This document shows positions 58,054-64,000 of a DNA stretch of 64,000 bases, in pieces. Numbering within the stretch: the first letter of the stretch is position 1; each line of letters starts with the position of its first letter. Made by a program: the position numbers and the translations under genes. Source of the DNA: Dehalococcoidia bacterium (GTDB taxonomy: Bacteria; Chloroflexota; Dehalococcoidia; Bin125); NCBI GenBank assembly GCA_963663235.2, contig CAXXNO010000012.1, forward strand, positions 32,001-96,000, given 5' to 3'. The notes under the pieces are model-generated. The model was not told the DNA's origin, did not search any database, and saw only the letters and a program-made list of their open reading frames with translations.

Positions 58054-58899
58054 ATGTCGGGCAATGCCGCATCGCAGGTCCAGTCCGAACAACCGCTGCG
58101 CGGGGCCCTCGCCAGCAAGAGCGAGCAACTACGGTCAATCGTGCGCGGCTACGGCGCGGCGGTGGTGGCCTTCAGCGGCGGGGTGGACAGCACGCTAGTC
58201 GCAGCGATCGCGGCGCAGGAGCTGGGCGACGGGGCCCTGGCGGTCACAGGCCGATCGCCGTCGCTGCCGGCCAGCGAGTACGAGGCGACGCTGGCCCTCG
58301 CTCGGCGGATTGGAATCCGGCATCGGATCGTGGAAACGCACGAACTTGAACGGCCGGCGTACGTGGCCAACGCGGGCGATCGCTGCTACCACTGCAAGAG
58401 CGAGCTGTACGAGCGACTGAGGCCGATCGCGAGCGAAATCGGCGGCGTGATCGTAAACGGCACCAACCTCGACGACTTGAGCGACTATCGCCCGGGGCTC
58501 ACGGCGGCCCAGGACCACGAGGTGCGCAGCCCGCTGGTTGAAGCAGAGCTCCGCAAGGCAGAGGTGCGCGCCCTGAGCCGGGCCCTGGCGCTGCCCACCT
58601 GGGACAAGCCGGCGATGGCCTGCCTGGCTAGCCGGCTGCCGGTGGGCACACCGGTCTCGGTCCGAGTGTTGGGTCAAGTGGAGGCCGCCGAGGCATACCT
58701 CAGGTCGCTGGGCCTGCGCGAGCTGCGCGTCCGCCATTACGGCGAGACGGCGCGGATCGAGACGGACGCCGCCGGGATGGGCATCGCCTTGGAGGAGCGC
58801 GGGCGGATCGTAACGCGGCTCAAGGCGCTCGGCTACCGCTTCGTCGCTCTCGACCTGGCCGATTTCCGCTCGGGCTCGTTGAACCCGCCCCGCCCTTGA
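58054..58899 (+). CDS. larE: LarE-like ATP-dependent sulfur transferase
   Basis: AFSGGVDS, RCYHCK, GTN.DD..DYRPG, CLASR, FRSGS.N. Confidence 0.9.
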   Translation: MSGNAASQVQSEQPLRGALASKSEQLRSIVRGYGAAVVAFSGGVDSTLVAAIAAQELGDGALAVTGRSPSLPASEYEATLALARRIGIRHRIVETHELERPAYVANAGDRCYHCKSELYERLRPIASEIGGVIVNGTNLDDLSDYRPGLTAAQDHEVRSPLVEAELRKAEVRALSRALALPTWDKPAMACLASRLPVGTPVSVRVLGQVEAAEAYLRSLGLRELRVRHYGETARIETDAAGMGIALEERGRIVTRLKALGYRFVALDLADFRSGSLNPPRP

Positions 58900-58925
58900 G
58901 CACCGGGTCCGACGAAGGAGAGAGG

Positions 58926-59573
58926 ATGACCGACCTCACGCTGCACGAGGCGATCACCACCACGCGCGCCATGCGCCGCCTCAAGCCGGACCCCGTACCG
59001 CAAGAACACCTGCGCTACATCGTGGAGGCCGCGACGCACGCGCCGAGCGGCGGCAACATCCAGAACTGGGCCTTCGTCATCGTCACCGATCCGGACGTGC
59101 GGCGAACACTGGGCGACCTGTATCGCGACGTGGGCGAAGAGTACTTGCGCCGGTTCTTCGAGGCCGACGGAGCAGCCGATGCCACGATGCCCGACGAGCA
59201 GCGCAAGATGTATGACAGCAGCCGATACCTCGTCGAGCATTTCAGCGAAGCGCCGGCGCTGATCGCCGTGTGCATGCGGGGCAAGTTCCCCGGCTCCCCC
59301 GAGACCGCATCCGCGTACTACGGTTCCGTCTACCCGGCGGTCCAGAACCTGATCCTGGCGGCGCGGTCACGCGGGCTGGGGACCACGGTGACAACGTTGC
59401 ACGCCTACCGGCAACAAGAAGTCAAAGAGCTCCTGGGGATGCCCGAGAATGTCAACGTGATCGCCGTAATCCCAGTGGGCTACCCGCAGGGGAAATGGGG
59501 CCGGCCCAAGCGGGCGCCCGCGGAGAGCGTGACCCACTGGGACCGGTGGGGCGGTCCGCGGCCCGGCGATTGA
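58926..59573 (+). CDS. Nitroreductase family protein
   Basis: RAMRRL, APSGGN.QNW.F, QNL.LAAR..GLG, PVGYP. Confidence 0.9.
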   Translation: MTDLTLHEAITTTRAMRRLKPDPVPQEHLRYIVEAATHAPSGGNIQNWAFVIVTDPDVRRTLGDLYRDVGEEYLRRFFEADGAADATMPDEQRKMYDSSRYLVEHFSEAPALIAVCMRGKFPGSPETASAYYGSVYPAVQNLILAARSRGLGTTVTTLHAYRQQEVKELLGMPENVNVIAVIPVGYPQGKWGRPKRAPAESVTHWDRWGGPRPGD

Positions 59574-59583
59574 AGGGCAGCCC

Positions 59584-61608
59584 GTGAGCCGCAATCGAGC
59601 CCGTCCCGGAGCGCGTCTGCTCGGTGTTGATGTGGGCGGCACATTCACCGACTTCCTCTACTGGGACGGCGAGCGGTTGCAGGTCGCGAAACGGCCGAGC
59701 ACGCCGGATGATCCGGCGCGAGCCGTGCTGGAAGGGATCGCCGCGGCCGAATGGTCGCCCGACGAGGTCGTGCACGGATCGACCGTAGCGACGAACGCGC
59801 TGCTCACTCGCCGGGGCGCCCGTATCGCGCTGATCACGACGAAAGGCTTCCGCGACACTCTTGTTATCGGCCGGCAGGCGCGGTCCGAACTCTACGCCCT
59901 GCATCCCGAACGGACGGCGCCGCTGGTTCCCGACTCCCTACGCTTCGAGGTCGACGAGCGGATCGCCGCCAACGGGGACGTCCTTCAAGCGCTGGATGAT
60001 CGTGAGGTGGAGGCCGTACTGGATCGCGTCGCGGATCGGCGGGTCGAGGCGCTGGCGATCTGTCTCCTGTTCTCCTACGTGCGGCCTGAGCACGAACGAC
60101 GGATCGCTGCCGCGGCGCGCGAGCGCGGGCTGGCAGCCACCGCCTCGTACGAGATCCTGCCGGAGCATCGCGAATACGAACGAATGAGCACGACGTGCGT
60201 CAACGTCTACGTAGCGCCGGTCGTGACGCGCTACCTCCAGGCGCTGGCCGCCGGATTGCAACGGCCGGGAGAGCCAGTGCGGCTGCGGATCATGCAGTCC
60301 AACGGGGGCAGCATCAGCGCAGAGCGGGCAAGCCAAGAGGCCGTGCGCACAATCCTCTCAGGGCCCGCCGGCGGGGTTGCGGGCGCATTCGCCGCCGGAC
60401 AGAGCGGCGGCCACGAGAACATCATCAGCTTCGACATGGGCGGCACGTCGACCGACGTCAGCTTCTGCCCCGGCCGGATTATCGAACAGGCCGCCCTCCA
60501 GATCGCCGGAGTCCCGATCCGCACGCCCGCAGTGGACGTGCACTCCGTGGGTGCGGGCGGTGGTTCAATCGCCTGGCTGGACGCGGGCGGGGCGCTGCGT
60601 GTGGGACCGCAGAGCGCGGGCGCCGTGCCCGGCCCCGCCGCCTACGGACGCGCATTGACGCCGACAGTAACCGATGCCCACGTGGTTCTGGGACGGTTGC
60701 GGCCGGATCGATTTCTGGGCGGAGAGATGCCTCTAGACGAGGCGCGCGCGGGGCAAGCGATCGCGAAGATCGCGGGACCGTTCGACGGCGACGTGCCCGC
60801 CACAGCGCGGGCGATCATCGACGTGGTCAACGCCAACATGGCGCGCGCGCTGCGGGTGATCTCCGTGGAGCGCGGGAACGATCCGGCCGAGTGCGCGCTG
60901 GTCGCCTTCGGCGGAGCCGGGCCACTGCACGCGTGCGACCTGGCGGAAGAGTTGGGCATCGCGGTGGTCATCGTGCCAGAGGCGCCTGGTGTGCTCTCGG
61001 CGGCGGGCATGCTTCAGGCCGACGTGACCAAGGACATCGAGCAGGGGTTGGTGCTGCGAATCGGCCCCGACGCCAGGGGGGTCCCGGAGGTCCTGGCTGA
61101 GACGTACGCCCAGCTCGAGCAGTCGGCGCGGCGAGCGCTGGCCGAGGATGGCTATCGGCAGGGAGTGCGTTTGGAGCGGAGCGCGGACCTGCGCTACGCC
61201 GGTCAGTCACACGAGCTGCGAGTGCCGCTGGGGGCATCGCTGGCAGCGCCGACGATCCGGCGTGCGCTCGCGGAAGCGCACCATGAGCGCTTCGGGCACG
61301 GCGACCCCTCAAGGGATATGGAGGTCGTAACGGCCCGGGTCAAAGCGCGGGCGCCGGGCTTCCGCCTTCCGCCCGGCGCATCGGCCCCGGCGAGGGCCAC
61401 CGGCGCGGAGGCAGAGGACAGCGCCTTGGTGCACTGGGACCGGCGGCGACGGACGCGGATCCTGCCACGGGCGGCGCTGGGAGCGAAGAAGATCCAGGGG
61501 CCAGCCATCCTGACCCAGTTCGACAGCACCGTCCTGGTGCCCCCAGGCTGGCGCGCAGGGCGCGAGGTCAGCGACGGACCGCTACTCATCATGAGGAAAC
61601 AGCGATGA
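59584..61608 (+). CDS. Hydantoinase A / oxoprolinase family protein
   Basis: DVGGTFTD, HGSTVATN, SGPAGG, DMGGTSTD, GAGGGS. Confidence 0.93.
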   Translation: MSRNRARPGARLLGVDVGGTFTDFLYWDGERLQVAKRPSTPDDPARAVLEGIAAAEWSPDEVVHGSTVATNALLTRRGARIALITTKGFRDTLVIGRQARSELYALHPERTAPLVPDSLRFEVDERIAANGDVLQALDDREVEAVLDRVADRRVEALAICLLFSYVRPEHERRIAAAARERGLAATASYEILPEHREYERMSTTCVNVYVAPVVTRYLQALAAGLQRPGEPVRLRIMQSNGGSISAERASQEAVRTILSGPAGGVAGAFAAGQSGGHENIISFDMGGTSTDVSFCPGRIIEQAALQIAGVPIRTPAVDVHSVGAGGGSIAWLDAGGALRVGPQSAGAVPGPAAYGRALTPTVTDAHVVLGRLRPDRFLGGEMPLDEARAGQAIAKIAGPFDGDVPATARAIIDVVNANMARALRVISVERGNDPAECALVAFGGAGPLHACDLAEELGIAVVIVPEAPGVLSAAGMLQADVTKDIEQGLVLRIGPDARGVPEVLAETYAQLEQSARRALAEDGYRQGVRLERSADLRYAGQSHELRVPLGASLAAPTIRRALAEAHHERFGHGDPSRDMEVVTARVKARAPGFRLPPGASAPARATGAEAEDSALVHWDRRRRTRILPRAALGAKKIQGPAILTQFDSTVLVPPGWRAGREVSDGPLLIMRKQR

Positions 61609-62075
61609 GGGCCATAGTGATCATCCAGAGCCCGGGAGAGACCGACGGCTTGGCCCGCGCGGTCGCAGGGCGCTTGTCGGGCGCGGCGGTGCAGATCCCG
61701 TTCGACCAGTTGCTGCGCGACTGGATCGTGACCGCGCCCTCAGACGCCGAGAGCGTGCCCCACACGACCGCCATGCAGGCGAAGCTCCTGGTGGCCGGCT
61801 ACGTGAAGGCGCGCTACCACGTGGTTCTGCACGGGTCGTTCCGACTGTTCAGTCCGCGCGACGACGAGGCCGTCTCGGCTATCGTGCGGCTCATGAACGC
61901 CGTGCCCGGCGTCAGCGCCCTGCGCGTGTACGTGCCTGCGTCGACGCAAGAGCCGGCAGCCGCCTACGGGCCACCGCCGCCGCACGATCTGCACTGCGAC
62001 CTGGAACGGCTGGGCACGGAGCGCGCCGCGGCCGAGATCGTCGCGGCGCTTCCCGTCGAGGCCCACGGTGGCTAG
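61605..62075 (+). CDS. Hypothetical protein (degenerate nucleotide-kinase-like fold possible)
   Basis: Translationally coupled on both sides within the hydantoinase operon. Confidence 0.6.
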   Translation: MRAIVIIQSPGETDGLARAVAGRLSGAAVQIPFDQLLRDWIVTAPSDAESVPHTTAMQAKLLVAGYVKARYHVVLHGSFRLFSPRDDEAVSAIVRLMNAVPGVSALRVYVPASTQEPAAAYGPPPPHDLHCDLERLGTERAAAEIVAALPVEAHGG

Positions 62076-63777
62076 GGCGCGAGCGCGCCGGAAGAGCGCC
62101 CGTGTCGACCCGGCGCGGCTATCGATCCTCGATTCCCTCGTGGCGGCAGTGGCGGAAGAGATGGGCGCGAGCCTGCGCCACACGGCCCTCTCGCCGAACA
62201 TCAAGGAGCGCCGCGACTACAGTTGCGCGGTCTTTGATGCCGAGGGCGACCTGCTGGCGCAGGCGGCCCACATCCCCGTCCACCTCGGGGCCATGCCGGA
62301 GTCCGTGCGGGCGGTGGCAGGACTGGCACCGTGGCAGCCGGGCGACATCGCCATCCTCAACGACCCGTTCCTGGGAGGCACCCACCTCCCGGACGTCACC
62401 ATGGTCTCGCCCGTCTTCGGGGCCGGACGGCGTCCGCGGTTGATCGGCTACGTGGCCAGCCGAGCGCACCAGGCCGACATCGGCGGCATGGCCCCGGGAT
62501 CGATGCCGGTGGCGACCGAGTTGATCCAAGAAGGGCTGATCATCCCGCCGATCCGGCTCTACCGCGGCGGCACCGTGATCCCGGAAACGCTGGCGCTGAT
62601 CTTGCGCAACGTGCGCACGCCCGACGAACGTCGCGGCGACCTGGACGCGCAGGTGGCCGCCCAGCGCACGGGCGAGCGGCGGTTGCGCGAGTTAGCCGCC
62701 CGCCTCGGCGAAGCCGAATACCGGCAGGCCGGGCGGGATCTGCTCGATTACGGCGAGCGGCTGGCTCACGCCTATCTGCGGGAGTTGCCGCGCGGTACCA
62801 CGACCTTCACGGATTACCTGGACAGCGACGGAGTGAGCCCCGGCGCGGTACCGATCACCGTGCGTCTCACGATCGATGGAGACGGGTGGCACCTGGACTT
62901 CCGTGGCTCCGCGCCGCAGCGGGCCGCGTCGATCAACGCCGTGGCCGCGGTGACGCGGTCCGCGACGTATTACGTCCTGCGCTGCCTGCTGCCGCCGGAG
63001 ACGCCCACGAACGGTGGTCTCTTCCGCCCGATCCGCTTCACCCTTCCGGAACGCTCGGTGGTCAACGCGCAACCGCCGGTGGCCGTGGCGGCGGGGAACG
63101 TGGAGACAAGCCAGCGGATCGTCGACGTGATCTGGGGGGCGCTGGCGCAGGCGCTGCCGGATCGGATGCCTGCGGCGTCCAGCGGCACGATGAACAACCT
63201 TGCGGCTGGAGGGATCGACCCGTCCAGCGGCGGACCCTGGGCGTATTACGAAACGATGGGAGGCGGCCACGGCGGTGGTCCAGCGGGAGGGGGGATCTCC
63301 GCCGCCCACAGCCACATGACCAATACGCTCAACACGCCCGCCGAGGCGCTGGAGATCGCGTATCCGATGCGGGTCCTGGAGTACGGGCTGCGACGCGGCA
63401 GCGGCGGGCGCGGCCGGCATCGGGGTGGGGACGGGCTGGTGCGTCGAACGCAGTTCCTGGCACCGGCCACGGTCACGATCATCAGCGAGCGGCGCGAGCG
63501 CAGGCCGTGGGGCCTGGCCGGTGGCCAGCCCGGCAAGGCGGGCCGCAACAGCCTGGAGCGCGCAGGGCGGCGGCGCGCGCTGCCGGGCAAAACGGTGTTC
63601 TCGGTGGAAGCCGGGGACGTGGTCCGAATCGAGACACCCGGCGGCGGGGGTTGGGGGATCATCGAATCCCGAGCCACCGAGCGAGCGGCTACACTAAAGA
63701 GGGAAAGTTCGACGGGGGAGGCCGCGGATGGCGGACCGGCTGGAACGGGAGATCGAAGACGTCCTCAGCAAGGTTGA
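62068..63777 (+). CDS. Hydantoinase B / oxoprolinase family protein
   Basis: SPNIKERRD.SC, HIPVHLG, NDPF.GGTHLPD, ETSQR, TPGGGG. Confidence 0.93.
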   Translation: MARARARRKSARVDPARLSILDSLVAAVAEEMGASLRHTALSPNIKERRDYSCAVFDAEGDLLAQAAHIPVHLGAMPESVRAVAGLAPWQPGDIAILNDPFLGGTHLPDVTMVSPVFGAGRRPRLIGYVASRAHQADIGGMAPGSMPVATELIQEGLIIPPIRLYRGGTVIPETLALILRNVRTPDERRGDLDAQVAAQRTGERRLRELAARLGEAEYRQAGRDLLDYGERLAHAYLRELPRGTTTFTDYLDSDGVSPGAVPITVRLTIDGDGWHLDFRGSAPQRAASINAVAAVTRSATYYVLRCLLPPETPTNGGLFRPIRFTLPERSVVNAQPPVAVAAGNVETSQRIVDVIWGALAQALPDRMPAASSGTMNNLAAGGIDPSSGGPWAYYETMGGGHGGGPAGGGISAAHSHMTNTLNTPAEALEIAYPMRVLEYGLRRGSGGRGRHRGGDGLVRRTQFLAPATVTIISERRERRPWGLAGGQPGKAGRNSLERAGRRRALPGKTVFSVEAGDVVRIETPGGGGWGIIESRATERAATLKRESSTGEAADGGPAGTGDRRRPQQG

Positions 63778-64000
63778 GGACTTCGAGTGGCACCGCCAGC
63801 AGCGACGCCGACGGCAGCGGCGGCAGCGGCTTCAAGGCTTGCGGCCGCGCATCCCGTTTGGGGGGCGGTCCGGTCTCTGGCCCGCGCACGGCCGGTTCAG
63901 ACGCGTCAAGCCGGGGCATGTCATGCTGGGCGGCTTCTTCCTGGTGGCGGCGTCGTTTTCGTTCGGTCCGGGCGGCGTCTGGACGTGGCTTCTCTTTGGC
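63728..64000 (+). CDS. Partial hypothetical membrane protein
   Basis: RBS GGAGG then MADRLEREIEDVL..., open to the window end with a hydrophobic segment. Confidence 0.55.
   Translation, partial: MADRLEREIEDVLSKVEDFEWHRQQRRRRQRRQRLQGLRPRIPFGGRSGLWPAHGRFRRVKPGHVMLGGFFLVAASFSFGPGGVWTWLLFG

Overview
High-GC bacterial window, most likely Chloroflexota (Dehalococcoidia-like). This is inferred from the GAAC-N4-GTTC LexA boxes, the multiple hydantoinase/oxoprolinase genes and the lineage-style surface-protein domains. Layout: (1) 1-6.9 kb: K+ channel, Zn alcohol dehydrogenase, 2-oxoacid dehydrogenase E1a/E1b/E2 and an XRE + ImmA/IrrE pair. (2) ~7-25 kb: a decayed integrative island ending in a tRNA-Arg(CCT) 3' att duplicate. 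It holds IS6/IS3/IS481-like/IS1182 copies and fragments, a group II intron RT fragment, a Cache lipoprotein, a phage ParB-methylase/terminase module, a duplicated PadR/surface-protein block, an excisionase and an amber-interrupted tyrosine integrase. (3) A LexA-boxed imuB-DUF6504-dnaE2 mutagenesis cassette. (4) 30-64 kb: mostly housekeeping genes (five tRNAs, udgB, frdABCD, gatB, yvcK, secG, fmt, rplY, larE, hydantoinases), internally deleted selD and apgM, and a c-di-AMP riboswitch upstream of a KamA-like radical SAM gene. The strongest unexplained signal is in one full-length IS3 and one IS6 copy. Both carry dozens of substitutions that are almost all A->C / T->G transversions, with almost no indels and intact termini, while neighbouring gene remnants look normal. 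This is a candidate RIP-like targeted hypermutation of transposons. All alignments were done by eye and no databases were searched.
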